Shown: positions 37,890 to 50,580, counted from the first letter of the stretch. The stretch is DNA of 64,000 nucleotides from Octopus sinensis (GCF_006345805.1 NC_043009.1:69316001-69380000), one strand, 5' to 3'. Notes: a model not told the origin generated them from the sequence alone. Numbers and translations: made by a program.

Positions 37890-38150
37890 GATAGAGTGTT
37901 GCAATTGTGATTGGGACATCGAGAGTTCAATTCCCAGACCGGGTGGTGGGTTGCATTCTTGAACAAAATACTTCATTTCATGATGAAGCAGTCCACTCGG
38001 CTGTAAATGGGTAACTCTACGACTGAGTAGCCTTCTGACCAGGGAGAATGCTGACCTGTTCGCCCCACCCAGTTGGGTTGGCATCATTCAAAAGCTAAAA
38101 AACAATGCAAAGCACATTGTGACCAGTGAGGTATAACAACATCAGAGAGT
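37890..38150 (+). mobile_element. tRNA-headed SINE with a CORE-like middle
   Basis: gagttcaattcc B-box, then ttcttgaacaaaatacttcatttc...cagtccactcggctgtaaatggg, resembling the CORE domain. Confidence 0.5.
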
Positions 38151-38241
38151 CTGGTTGATCAAGTGAATACCATTCTATTGGCTTTGAAAAATTAGCAATA
38201 AAAAGGAAAAGAAAATCCGTTTCCATTATCTTCAGCTTTTA

Positions 38242-38440
38242 TAAGGCAGCAAACTGACAGAATCATTTGCATGCTGGACATAAAGCTTAGCGGCGTTTTG
38301 TCCATCTTTGTGTTCTGTGTTCAAATGCCACCAAGGTCAACTTTGCCTTTCGTCCTTCTGGGGTTTCATGAAATAAATAACTGGGATCGATTTACCCCCA
38401 CTTCCCCAAAATTCCACGCCTTGTGCCTAGAGTAGAATGG
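38242..38440 (+). mobile_element. tRNA-derived SINE
   Basis: aaggcagcaaactgacagaatc...gttcaaatgcc...ccttgtgcctagagtagaa. Confidence 0.75.
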
Positions 38441-38760
38441 ATTAGCTTTAGCGTTTGTCAAATACGAATGTCCCCTTAATCCTCCGGCCAGTTCAAATAT
38501 TCTGCCTGTTTTATGTTCAAACTGGCCAGATCTGACCGCTTGCACCTGTCCAACAATGTCATTCAGAAAAATAAACAATCACAGCATTGAAATCTGGAAG
38601 CTTTGAGATAATTCAAGACCAATTATAAAAAATCTGAATAAATAAGCAAAACATTTGGTAGAGAAATATGAATGCAAAAAGATTGCACAATAATTGATTC
38701 TGCCAAAGAAATAAAGTTCATTTTTTTCCTCCCCAAAAAGAGGTGGGGAGGATAAAAATC

Positions 38761-39148
38761 ACCATCATCATTTAACATCTGTTTTCCACGCTGTCATGGG
38801 TTGAACAGTTTAGCAGGAGATGGCATGGCTGGAGAGCTGCACCAGTTTCCATTTGTCTGCTTTTGGTATAGTTTCCAGCATGGTCGATACCAGTGTCAAC
38901 TGACTAGCTCTTGTGCCGGTGGCACATAAAAAGCACCCACTACATGCTCGGAGCGGTTGGCATTAGGAAGGGCATCCAGCTGTAGAAACACTGCCAGATT
39001 GGATTGAAGCCTTCTGGCTTGCCAGTCCCCAGTCAAACAGTCCAACCCATGCCAGAATGGGAAGTGGATGTTAAACGACGATGACAATGCCCTTCCTAAT
39101 CCCAACCACTCTGGTGCTGGGTGCTTTTCACAAAGTGCCAGCACAGAT
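38761..39148. mobile_element. RTE-tail SINE (+, about 38878-39087) nested in an RTE-tail SINE (-)
   Basis: The minus-strand copy is split between ...gtttccagc and atgcccttcctaat... Confidence 0.7.
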
Positions 39149-39810
39149 GTTTTATTAAATGGCAAATGAAATAAAACTGTTAGTTCTAGTGCAGCAGTTC
39201 CACTTCAATGTGGAACCATATTCTAAATGGAAAAGAAATGGCTTTAGCAAACTTTCTCAAGGTACAATCCTTGCAGCCAAAGTTCTCAGAAATTTCAAAT
39301 CTCAAATCACTTTGAATGGAACCATTCTGCTATTTCAACTCATAACAGTTCTATGTTCAGCACAAGGGCAGCAATTTTAAGGGGAAGGGAAAGTTGATAC
39401 CATCGACACCCCAGTAAATGACTGGTACTTTATTTATTGACCCTGGAAGGATGAAAGCTGACTTTGGTGGGATTTGAACTCAGAACATAGCAAGCAGGAA
39501 GAAATGCTACAAGGCATTTCTTTTGATGCTCTACTGATTCTGACACGTGACAGGTGAAATCCAGACACCTCAAGGCAAAATAATAACTTCCTAAACAAAA
39601 CCCAGCAAACAAAACAATCTTTCTTTCTTTCTTTCTTATCTTTCATTTCATTTTCTTTGTATTTTAGTTCCAAATTTCAAGTTGATAAAAGCAGTTTATT
39701 TATCATAAAAAAAAAACCTGAAGCAGGCAGCTTTTGTCATCATTGTTGGTGACCACCACAAAGAACACCGCCACCGCCACCACCACCACCACCAATATAT
39801 ATATTTATCT

Positions 39811-40027
39811 AAGGCAGGGGGAGCTGGCAGAATCATTTGCACACCGGGCAAAATACGTAGTGGTATTTTGTCCGTCTTTACTTTCTAAGTTCAAATTTCG
39901 CCAAAGTTAAGTTTACCTTTCATCTTTTGGGGTCGATAAATTAAGTACCAGCTGTATACTGCGGTTGATCTAATCGACTGCCCCACCACCCAAAATTTCA
40001 GGCCTTGTACCTAGAGTAGAAAAGATT
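39811..40027 (+). mobile_element. tRNA-derived SINE
   Basis: aaggcagggggagctggcagaatc...gttcaaatttcgcc...ggccttgtacctagagtagaaaag. Confidence 0.8.
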
Positions 40028-40384
40028 ATATATATATATCTCCAAAATATCCTCTACTATAAATTTGCTAAGGATCTCCCTTAATTCCTTCCTCTCTGAA
40101 GATGGAATCGTCCCTTAATATATGGAGAGCTTGTCTTCATCAGCTGAGAAATGCATCATATGTGCATCTATTTGCAAAACGGTAAGAGGCCATCAGCAAA
40201 ACTTGCTCCCTTATTTTTACAATACACTTAATTCTGTTCTAACAACTCTGTTTGGGTAAATAAATTCCATGCTCTAAGCCAGGGATTGCCAAACATTTTA
40301 GACCATCGACCACTGAAGAAAGCTCGAGCAGATCCGGCTGCCGTAGGCATGGATGTCCTTTGCCGCCCACAGTCTTTTTCCGAA

Positions 40385-40645
40385 CGGTGAATGGTTGGTC
40401 TTATGATGCTTGTGTTAGAACTGCAATGATGCAGGGCAATGAGACATGGGTCTCAAATGCAGAAAATTTGAGAAGGTTGGAAAGAAACGGAGCAAGTCTG
40501 CACAAGTGGATGTGTTTGAAAGAATTTGTGGAAAGGCACTGAGTGAAAAACTGGTTATAACAGGAATGAGATGTTGTGTTGAAGAAAGAAGCCTGGTATG
40601 GACAGGTGATGCATATGAAGACAACTGTGTAAAGTACCATTGATG
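40385..40645 (+). mobile_element. Old RTE fragment (ZNF downstream marker)
   Basis: YDACVRTAMMQGNETW; homologous to 61450-61720. Confidence 0.75.
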
Positions 40646-41859
40646 TAACTGGAACCTGGAACCAGGGGAAAAGGAAGAGCTAGGAGCACATTGAATGAAA
40701 TTTAATCCTTACGATCCTGTGCCTGAAAGGACTGGGGTCTCTGGCAATATGAGGTTCTCAATAAGAATCTCCCACTGACTCCTGGAAGTGATCTCTCTGC
40801 ACCTCTCATGCATCATGCTTACCTCTTCCTCTTCCACTTCTCATGCTTGCCTCTTCCTCTTCCACCCATTTTCGATGCAGGAATGCATTGGGCAATGGAC
40901 ATAAAAAACATTAATGTTGGTAATTCATATATTACTCTCCACCAATTTTGTCTTGACATGAAGCCCACATGTTGAAAGTAATACTTAAGGTTCAGCATGA
41001 AGTCATGAAGGAACCATGCCATGCATGAAATGTCACCAACAAAAGAATTTGTCTCTCAACTGAACAAATAGGAAACAATATCAACAAAAATCTGCATAAG
41101 AATACCTCAAAGAATGCACAAAACATATTAAAAAAACTGTACGTTTCAATCCAGATATGCAATGGTAGCCATAGATTATCGTTACAACTTCCACAATTTA
41201 TTGAATCTATTGAAGGTGAGATCCATCAAGCAACTTCTTTGCATGTTAAATATTATTCAAAGTTTTAATATATGTACATTGTTTTAGTATTTCCATCATT
41301 TGCTTTTGTTTTTTAAAGGTGTTTATTATTATCTCTGACTTGTAATGAAAGTGATACCACCACAAGACAAAGTGCAATCTTTATCCTGGTTCATAGAGAA
41401 CGAATCAGGCACTCAGGTTTGGAGGAATTCTTCTATGAAGAATGGAAAAGAACCACCAACTCATGTAAGCATCAGTGCCTGGCATAAAAAGTTTATAGAA
41501 ACCACAAGTCATCATCATTTAACAGGTGTCTCCCTTTTTGACATTGGTTGGATGGTTTGAGAGGAGCTGCATCAGGTATGATCCAGGTTTCAATAGCTGG
41601 ATGCCCTTCTTAACATCAACCACTTTACAAAGCATACTGCATGCTTCTTATGTGGCACCAATACTAGTGGAGTTACCAAGTATATTGCAAAACAAAGACC
41701 TCTCAGATGGGTGAAGGAACAGAACCAAAGGAAGAAGCTGTGTGCTAGGTGAGAGCTTAGAGTATAACCGAGGGATAGTAGGAGACGTCTTACCGTACTT
41801 GGCTAATCTTACAGAAAACAAGGCCCGTGTGACCAAAAACCTCTATGGAATACTTTCAG

Positions 41860-42190
41860 CAAATTCATCATAGTACTACAAAGACCATTCGTATAGCAAG
41901 TACACAGTTAAGTGTACCACATTCAACAATTCATGAAGTTTTGCAAAGTAATCTGTGATTCTATGCTTATAAAATGCAACTTTTGCAAGCACTTCAGTTC
42001 CAAGTAAACCATTTCTGGTGGACATGTTAGTTCTATATAATGAAGATGAGAGCTTCTTTCAAAAGATTTTGTTTCAGTGGTGAAGCAACATGTATCAAAA
42101 CTAACAAGAAACACCAGCAACAGGATCTGGGGTTCAGAAAACATTTTAATATTATCTGACAATATTTGAAGGCTGTGACCTGGCAGAATG
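41860..42190 (+). mobile_element. Tc1/mariner transposase remnant, paralogue of 31770-32520
   Basis: YAYKMQLLQA and aggatctggggttcagaaaac (RIWGSEN). Confidence 0.65.
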
Positions 42191-43430
42191 ATAAGTACAT
42201 CAGATGAAATGCTCAGCAACATTTCATCTGCCTTTATGTTCAGGGTTCAATCTCCACCAAAGTCAACTTTGCTCTCATCATTTCAGGTCAATAAGAAAAG
42301 TACCAGTTGAACTCTGGCCTCAACGTAATCTAACTTACCCCACTCCCCTGGATTTGCTGGCATTGTGCCAAAATTTGAAACCAATATTATCTGAGAATGG
42401 GGAAATATCTTGTCCTTACACAGCCTCTCACTTGGCTCTCATCAACCAACTCACTGCATCACCACTACAAAGCCACCGTCATCACCATTTCATCTACAAT
42501 ATCATCCAATTATTTACATCTCATTCACTTCCTTGTAACATCAGATCACATCTTGTATCAAACAGTGTCAATAAATTAAATGGCTTTAAAGTAAACAGTC
42601 GGTGAAAACCAGTTTAGAAAACGTGCAAACAAGACTTGCTTTTTGAAAAATAAAAAGAGAATAATTTCAGAGTAAACCATTTTTATTTAGAGTTCAAATT
42701 AATATGAAAATACAAAGAGACTGTTGCAGTGAGAACTCTGGAATTCACACTTGAAATGAGAAAATGCTTGAGATAAAAATCATCATCCAGAAATGACGAT
42801 GACGATGATGTGGTCCAACACATTCCAGCATCGTCAATGGACATAGAAAAATCACTGATGATGATAATTCAAAAAAATTGCTCCACCAATTTCGTTTTTA
42901 TGCAAAGTTTAAAACGACAATGACAAATTAACATTAGTTTTCACCATAAACACCTGAAGGAACCATGCCATAGTTTAAATTACAGACATTACCAACAACA
43001 GAATTGGTCTCTTGATAAAATACAATAAGGATAAACCAATAATCAAGATAGTACACCTGAAAGAATATACACAACATACAGAGAAAGTGTACCCACAATC
43101 CAGATGAGCACATGATATACTTGTCTTATAGTATAGATTAATGAAATACTATATTTTATGAATTGTTTGTTCCTTCTTACTTAGTATCAGACATAGGTAT
43201 GAATGCTTACAGTTGAGAGATTTCTCAGTCTTTCTCTCATGGAATAACACAGACATGATTGGCTAAATCCTCCTGTTGAAAGTATATATACATATAACAT
43301 ACACAATCCAGATAGACAAGCACATGATACACTTCTGTCTTAGAGTATACTGTGATGAAATGCTATATTTTATGATTTGCTTATGACAGTTGAGAGATGT
43401 CTCTTACCCGCCACAAGGAAATTCTTTCTC

Positions 43431-44624
43431 TCATGGAATAACACAGACATGATTGGCTAAATCATCCTGTTGAGAGAAGGACTCACCACAGACATTACAC
43501 CGATATGAATTTTCTGCCATATGAATACATTTGTGCTTAGTTAATAGGTTACTGTAAGAGAATGATTTACCACAGATATCACAATGATATGGTGTTTCTC
43601 TGGTATGAACACGTTTATGTACAGTTACAGCAGTACTTTGAGAGAAAGATTTACCACAGATATCACACTGATATGGTTTTTCTCCAGTATGAATACGTAT
43701 ATGTCCCTTTAAATCGTTACTCTGAATAAATGATTTACCACAGATATCACAGTGATATGGCTTTTCTCCAGTATGAACACGTTTATGGACAGTTACAGCA
43801 GTACGCTGAGAGAAGGATGTACCACAGATATCACAATGATACGGTTTTTCTCTTGTATGAATGCGTTTATGTACATTTACAGCAGGCCTATGTGTAAATG
43901 CTTTACCACAAATATCACAACGATATAGTTTTCCTCCAGTATGAATGCTTTTATGATCCTCTAAATCACGACTTTTAAGAAAAGCTTTACCACAAATATC
44001 ACAAATAAATCGTTTTTCTCCGGTATGAATACGTTTGTGTACAGTCAAGGCATTATTTACAGGGAATGATTTACCACAGATATCACACCTGTAAGGTTTC
44101 TCACCTGTATGACTAAGTTTGTGTGTAGTTAACTCATCATTTCGAGAGAAAGATTTGTCACAGATATCACAGTGATAGGGTTTTTCTCCTGTATGAATTC
44201 GTATGTGTTTAATTAACTGATTATTTTGATTGAATGATTTACCGCAGATATCACAATGATATGGTTTTTCTCCAGTATGAATGCGTTTGTGATCAGTTAA
44301 GTTGGTACTTTTAGCGAATGATTTACTACACATATCACACTGATATGGTTTCTCTCCTGTGTGAATACGTCTGTGTGTAGTTAAAATATCTTTACGAGTG
44401 AATGATTGTCCACAGATATCACACTGATATGGTTTCTCTCCCGTATGAACCCGTACATGAACAGGCAACTCACCTTTTCTAGTAAACCTTTTTCCGCAGA
44501 AATCACAGTGAAATGGTTTCTCTCCTGTATGAATACGGATATGAGCAGTTAAATTACTTCTTGAAGTTAATGACTTTTTACAGACATCACATTCGTAAGA
44601 AGACTTTGCTAAGCTTTTTGCCAT
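43431..44624 (-). CDS. Tandem C2H2 zinc-finger protein D (397 aa; 13 canonical fingers + 1 degenerate)
   Basis: C2H2 repeats with TGEKP linkers; intact ORF. Confidence 0.95.
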   Translation of the reverse strand: MAKSLAKSSYECDVCKKSLTSRSNLTAHIRIHTGEKPFHCDFCGKRFTRKGELPVHVRVHTGEKPYQCDICGQSFTRKDILTTHRRIHTGEKPYQCDMCSKSFAKSTNLTDHKRIHTGEKPYHCDICGKSFNQNNQLIKHIRIHTGEKPYHCDICDKSFSRNDELTTHKLSHTGEKPYRCDICGKSFPVNNALTVHKRIHTGEKRFICDICGKAFLKSRDLEDHKSIHTGGKLYRCDICGKAFTHRPAVNVHKRIHTREKPYHCDICGTSFSQRTAVTVHKRVHTGEKPYHCDICGKSFIQSNDLKGHIRIHTGEKPYQCDICGKSFSQSTAVTVHKRVHTRETPYHCDICGKSFSYSNLLTKHKCIHMAENSYRCNVCGESFSQQDDLANHVCVIP

Positions 44625-46049
44625 CTTTTTAGAACCAAAAAATAACAGTTAACTCATTGAATAATAATTCTTCCTTCTCTCACCACAATATATTATGTTT
44701 GCTGTTTTCCTTTCTATAATTTATTTCTAACAAACATTCCTTCTGCTACAAGTCCATCATCTGGATGCAAAGTGCTTCATAAATCGATCTTCATATATTT
44801 TCAATGCAGAATTGTATTGTACTCATTCCAGGGAATGACACACACAACTGTTGCTAATAATCTTACCCAGGGGAAATCTTTCAACCATAATTCATTAAAT
44901 TTATGTGAAAATGGTCAGATTTGTTCAGTATAACATTTTTTGTCTTTAAAAGATGTTAAATATTGTTGATGCTTCTGTTGTATGATAAACAAAAATGTTG
45001 ATGCCAGTTTCAGCTTTGATTCTGAAATAAGAAGGAAAACAGTATAAGCTTTCAAGGATACATAAACAGCATCAATGTTATTGCTATACTTATAAATTGT
45101 ACAAGTGAAACCTTGACTAGAACGAATGAACTCCTCCAGCGTATCTCTATCAGTTTACAAATATAACAGAGCAGAGAAATAAATATATTTTAACAATACA
45201 TCATATCCTAAAAAGATAACTGCCTGCTTGGCTTCGTGTTGCCTGATGGTTGGAAGCAAGAGTCACAGGATCATGCAACAAGTGTCGTTTGTTTCCAGTC
45301 TTCTGCGAACATGACCAGTGAAGGGACAGCTTTACCTTACTTGGAAACAAGTGAAGGTTGCAGACAATAGAAAATCTGCCTCAATCCTTGGACATGAAGA
45401 TGAACAAAAAAAAAAAAAGGTTATAATATTCTAGACATGTTGATATATCACTTTCATGTCAGTTTTTCTCTACTGTCAAAATGTTTTGGCTCTAGGAGTT
45501 TTGTGATACAAACCCTTTTAATTGTCTATTATGGCATGCAGGTCTATACTTTGTACATCCATAATATATTATGGCACATATATATATATATCATTCAACT
45601 ACAGTAGTAATTGAATAATATTGGGAAGGCCACAGTTTGCTCCCATGCAGCATTTTTCAGAGCTTGTCACTAATTCGGTTCTTAACTGAGATTTGATCCA
45701 GTAGAAAAAAGTTTACATCAAAACTTATAGCAACACTATAGTATAATTAACTATTAAATTTTATAAACAGACTATATTTTAATTAGGCTTAATTGATAGA
45801 GATCGATTCAAGGAGCTTCAAGGTATCAATCTCATGCAATGAAGTTTTAAAATAAAAAGGTAATGAGTGTTTGTTTCTGAAATTTGAGGGTGATAGTATA
45901 GTTCTATACTTTCTATGAATATAGTCCTATAAGGGGACTTTTAATATACGTCACCGATGTTATTGGGGTAAGGAAAAATTATCAACGACACCACTAATTG
46001 ACACGTTATTAATTAGCATAACAGCACAGCATGGAAAAAACGTGGATTA

Positions 46050-46555
46050 CATGGGAAAATTTGAGCAAGAGAAATAATATTCTTACGATTATAAACCTGG
46101 AAAATTGCAGGACAAGTTATTACACTTGGAAAAGTTCAGAACAGGTTATTACATCTGGTAAAATACAGAGCAAGAAAATGTTTACTTAAAATATTGCAGC
46201 TAAGGATAAAATTTGAAAATTTAAAATTATTTGATTTTAATTTACATTATAATTAAAAGAGGTATCATCATTTTGTTAAAATACTGACACACTAGAATAT
46301 TTTTAAAATGAGAGCCAGAAGTATCAATATAGCTAAAGTTTTATGCAAAATAGAATAGTATATATGGTAGGCAAATTTCGAATTCTAAATATTTTATTTG
46401 AAATTTTATCCTTGGCTGCAATATTTTAAGTAAAAATTTTCCTGTTCTGTAATAAGCTGTCCTCAACTATTTTTAGGGGTAATAACTTGTCCTGTAATCT
46501 TCCAGGTTTATAACCTTAAGGATATTATTTCTCTTGTTTGCAGTTTTCCTTCACT
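46050..46555. mobile_element. Foldback/MITE-like element with ~170-bp imperfect inverted arms, in ZNF-D intron 1
   Basis: Left arm caagagaaataatattcttacgattataaacctggaaaattgcaggacaagttattac mirrors right arm gtaataacttgtcctgtaatcttccaggtttataaccttaaggatattatttctcttg; inner arms also pair. Confidence 0.75.
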
Positions 46556-46662
46556 TATGTGTAGTGTACTCTATTAAATGGTGCACTGAACATTCCATTA
46601 TAAGCACCAAGCATTCCACCTAAAAGCAGGATACATAGTTTTCTAAGTTATTTCTACGTACA

Positions 46663-47057
46663 AGGCGGCCAGCTGGCAGAAACGTTAGCACTAAATGCTT
46701 AGCCCTATTTCGTCTGCCGCCACGTTCTGAGTTCAAATTCCGCCGAGGTCCACTTTGCCTCTCATCCTTTCAGGGTCGATTAAATATGTACAGTTACGCA
46801 CTGGAGTCGATATACTCGACTTAATCCGTTCGTCTGTCCTTGTTTGTCCCCTCTGTGTTTAGCCCCTTGTGGATAGGAAAGAAATAGGCATTTCATCTGT
46901 CTTTATGTCCTACGTTCAAATTCCGCCGAGGTCCACTTTGCCTCTCATCCTTTCGGGGTCGATAAATTAAATACCAGTTGCGTATTTGTTCGATCTAATC
47001 GACTGACACCCACCCAAAAAATTCCGGGCCCTGTGCCTACAGTAGAAATGAAACAAA
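46663..47057 (+). mobile_element. Dimeric tRNA-derived SINE
   Basis: One tRNA head, two B-box/body units with different tails; TSD aagtta(t/c)ttctacgtaca at 46645-46662 and 47058-47075. Confidence 0.85.
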
Positions 47058-47540
47058 AAGTTACTTCTACGTACAGGATTATACTGCATCTGGACCCACA
47101 AATGTTACTCGTCAAATACTAGGGTCAACTTTTATACAGGATCCATGGAAAATTACCAAGTTTTTGCCCAAAATAGGGGATCGGCTTCTACTCGAGTATA
47201 GACGACAGATGGTGAAAGGTGCGATGAAGTGTGAGGTGCATTTGGTAGTTTTTGTTATTTTGTATTATTTCTAATGTGAATTGTAAGTATTTCAGAAGAG
47301 ACGGGAAATTGGGAAGGAAATTAATTCCTGTGAATCGTGGCAGTTATTCGGAAGGCGTAACTGAGAGGGACAGAGAGACTGAGACATTTCCAAAGAAGCA
47401 AAGATACTCAATTTCTTTTCTTTTTTCGTTTTTTAAGAAGGCGATTAATATCTTGTTTTGCCAAGTGAGATTCTATAAAATGGTGAAAAATGCTAAAAAA
47501 AAGAATATTTTATATCCATTTAAACACTATAAATACTTAC

Positions 47541-47650
47541 TTTTCCTTGTAGCTTTATAATTTCTTGGATAAATTCGATTCAGACGAGAGAAAGTTCTTG
47601 GCTGGAAATGATTTTGGTAGATTCTGGGCGGAAGTAACAGAATCCGAAGA
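47541..47650 (-). promoter_or_regulatory. Putative non-coding exon 1 / TSS region of ZNF-D (intron 45022-47540)
   Basis: Minus-strand acttccgcccagaatctaccaaaatcatttcc...aaaa|GTAAGTATTT; acceptor cttatttcag| at 45022. Confidence 0.65.
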
Positions 47651-47869
47651 AATATTTTCGTAAATAGAAAAACAAAATTTGCCGTAAATCGTTCAATATG
47701 GTAATATTAAAAAGTAATTAAAAATTAAGTTGCGAGATAATTAGTGAAACAAGTAACTTTTTACACAGCATTAAACAATGGACATGGCCATTGCACACAC
47801 ACACACACACACACACTCTTTCACCCCTTCCTTTGTCATTCAGCTGTCACCCTTTCCTTTCTCATTCCT

Positions 47870-50143
47870 ATGTTGTGACGGAGAAAATAGTGTGTGAGAG
47901 AAAATAGTGATGTTACAGGAGAGAAATGTGTCCGCATGGATGACGGGGCACTTGCTTTTAATGTTGGTGAAAAGAAAGAGGCTTAGAGAAGCCATTATGA
48001 AAGACTGCTGAATGTGGAGAATGAATGGGAGGAGGAGAGCCTGCCAAATGTTGACCCAGTAGAGGGACCAGCTATCCGAATAGACAGCTCCCTTGTAGTT
48101 AAGGCAATTAAGGGTATGAAACCAGGTAAAGCCCCTGGCCCATCAGGAATCACCGCTGAGATGCTTAAAACAGTTGGTTATGTGGGCTATGGCCTAGTCA
48201 CCCACATTGTAAACCAGGTAGTTCATATTGGAATCATACCCAATGACTGGCGTAGCAGCACCATAGTCAACTGCTACAAGGGTAAGGGTGATGCTCTAGA
48301 TAGAAATAACTACAGGGGTATTAAACTGTTGGATCAGGTGATGAAGGTCACAGAGAGGGTCATAACCCATCTCATTAGGGAGAGAATTTGCTTAGATGAG
48401 ATGCAGTTCGGGTTTGTGCCAGGTAGAAGCACCACCGATTCTATATTCTTGGTCCGACAACTGCAGGAGAAGTACCTAGCTAAAGATAAACCCCTCTACA
48501 TAGCTTTTGTGGACTTGGAGAAAGCCTTTGACAGGGTCCACCGATCCCTTATCTGGTGGTTGATGCGGAAACTGGAGATTGACAAATGGCTAATAAGGGC
48601 TGTACAGGCCTTATACAGAGAGGCTGTCAGCAAGGTTAGAATTGGCAACGAATATAGTGAAAAATTCCGGGTAGAAGTAGGTGTACACCAAGGCTCAGCC
48701 CTCAGTCCCCTTTTATTCATCATAGTCCTCCAGGCAATAACAGAGGAATTCAAAACAGGTTGCCCCTGGGAGCTCCTCTATGCTGATGACCTGGCTCTCA
48801 TAGCAGAATCACTACCGGAACTAGAAAAGAAATTTCGGGTGTGGAAGCAAGGGTTAGAATCAAAGGGCCTTACAGTAAATGTAGCAAAGACCAAAGTATT
48901 AGTAAGCAGCAAGAGGTACTCAGCACACACCCCCTCGGGTAGGTGGCCCTGCTCGATCTGTAGAAAAGGTGTAGGTAGAAACTCCATAAGATGCACCCAA
49001 TGTAAGCTATGGATGCATAAGAGGTGCAGCAACATCAAAGGGAAATTAACTGATAAGATAGCTTTCATGTGCGGCAGATGCACAGGGACAATAGACACCA
49101 CAGGTACTCAGAAAACAGATTCCATCACACTCCAGGGGGAGAAACTAGAAGTAGTTGATAGTTTCCGCTACCTGGGTGACCAAGTTAGTAGTGGAGGTGG
49201 ATGCTCAGAGAGTGTCACCACTAGAATACGAATAGCCTGGGCAAAGTTTAGAAAGCTCCTACCCCTACTGGCGACAAAGGGTCTCTCGCTCAGAGTGAAA
49301 GGCAGATTGTACGATGCATGTGTGGAAACTGCCATGCTTCACGGTAGTGAAACATGGGCTGTGACTGCAGAGGACATGCGTAGACTTGAAAGGAATGAAG
49401 GTGGCATGATCCGCTGGATGTGTAATGTCAGTGTGCGCGCACGACCGAGTGTAAGCACCCTGAGAGAAATGCTGGACATAAGAAGCATCAGATGTGGTGT
49501 GCAAGAGCGACGCTTGCGATGGTATGGTCATGTACTGCGGATGGATGAGGAGAGATGTGTAAAGAAGTGCCGCTGCCAAACAGTTGAAGGTATCAGGGAG
49601 AGAGGTAGACCCAGGAAGACATGGGATGAGGTAGTCAAGCATGACCTCAGAGCGTTCGGCCTCACACAGGCAATGACGAAGGACCGAGATCGCTGCAAAG
49701 GCCCGGGCTGCTTCCTGCACCAGTCCCGCATAGCCCCTGCCCATTCAAAGTACCTTGGATACCAGAACATCCCGCTGTGCTTGAGGAATCCTATTGAGTC
49801 AAGTACATGCACATCGAAATAAATATCAATAGAAATAGTAGTTGTGATACTTGGGCCGGTGGCATATAAAAAGCACCATCCAAACGAGGCCGATGACAGT
49901 GCCGCATCGACTGGCTTCCGTGCCGGTGGCACGTTAAAAGCACCAACCAAACGGGGCCGGTGGCACGTAAAAAGCACCCACTACACTCGCGGAGTGGTTG
50001 GCGTTAGGAAGGGCATCCAGCTGTAGAAACATTGCCAGATCAGACTGGGCCTGATGCAGCCTTCTGGCTTCCCAGACCCCGGTTGAACTGTCCAACCCGT
50101 GCTAGTGCGAAAACAGACGTTAAACGATGATGATGATGATGGT
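47870..50143 (+). mobile_element. Young 5'-truncated RTE LINE upstream of, and divergent from, ZNF-D
   Basis: Long open RT frame, 3' UTR repeat array and (GAT)n tail; no APE domain present. Confidence 0.95.
48014..49822 (+). CDS. RTE reverse transcriptase (partial, 602 aa) with an internal PHD-like C4HC3 finger
   Basis: KAPGPSGITAEML, NYRGIKLL, QFGFVPGRSTTD, AFVDLEKAFDRV, GVHQGSALSPLLF, YADD, FRYLG; the C-terminal tail runs into non-coding 3' sequence. Confidence 0.9.
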   Translation: MENEWEEESLPNVDPVEGPAIRIDSSLVVKAIKGMKPGKAPGPSGITAEMLKTVGYVGYGLVTHIVNQVVHIGIIPNDWRSSTIVNCYKGKGDALDRNNYRGIKLLDQVMKVTERVITHLIRERICLDEMQFGFVPGRSTTDSIFLVRQLQEKYLAKDKPLYIAFVDLEKAFDRVHRSLIWWLMRKLEIDKWLIRAVQALYREAVSKVRIGNEYSEKFRVEVGVHQGSALSPLLFIIVLQAITEEFKTGCPWELLYADDLALIAESLPELEKKFRVWKQGLESKGLTVNVAKTKVLVSSKRYSAHTPSGRWPCSICRKGVGRNSIRCTQCKLWMHKRCSNIKGKLTDKIAFMCGRCTGTIDTTGTQKTDSITLQGEKLEVVDSFRYLGDQVSSGGGCSESVTTRIRIAWAKFRKLLPLLATKGLSLRVKGRLYDACVETAMLHGSETWAVTAEDMRRLERNEGGMIRWMCNVSVRARPSVSTLREMLDIRSIRCGVQERRLRWYGHVLRMDEERCVKKCRCQTVEGIRERGRPRKTWDEVVKHDLRAFGLTQAMTKDRDRCKGPGCFLHQSRIAPAHSKYLGYQNIPLCLRNPIESSTCTSK

Positions 50144-50181
50144 GATATATATATATATATATACATACATTCATACATACA

Positions 50182-50225
<44 letters not shown>

Positions 50226-50580
50226 CAAAGGACATACTAAGTATGTCTACCTGCTTGAAATAAGAGTCAAAACTCTTATTAAATCGCCAAAAATACTTTG
50301 ATGAAAACTACAGAAATCAAAACGAAGGCAAAATCAGGTTAAGACTATCTATTTAAGTAGCTGGACTCATGTGGACACGTGTCTGCACTGCCAAAAGAAG
50401 CCTTAACTTCTTCAGCACGCGTTACCATAATTAGAGATTCCCAACCCATTGTTCCGAAGTCTGTGCTGCAACTGATTCGTTTCGCGCCGAAATCACAGCA
50501 GCCACCAGTGTAAAAGAATCTCGATACAATTTACGAGAAAAATAATTCACCAAAGATTAATCTATGACACCTTCGTAAAT

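Noticed and set aside
50480-50492. E2F-like site TTTCGCGCCGAAA
   Set aside because: Single occurrence, far from a supported TSS, and not conserved in paralogues.
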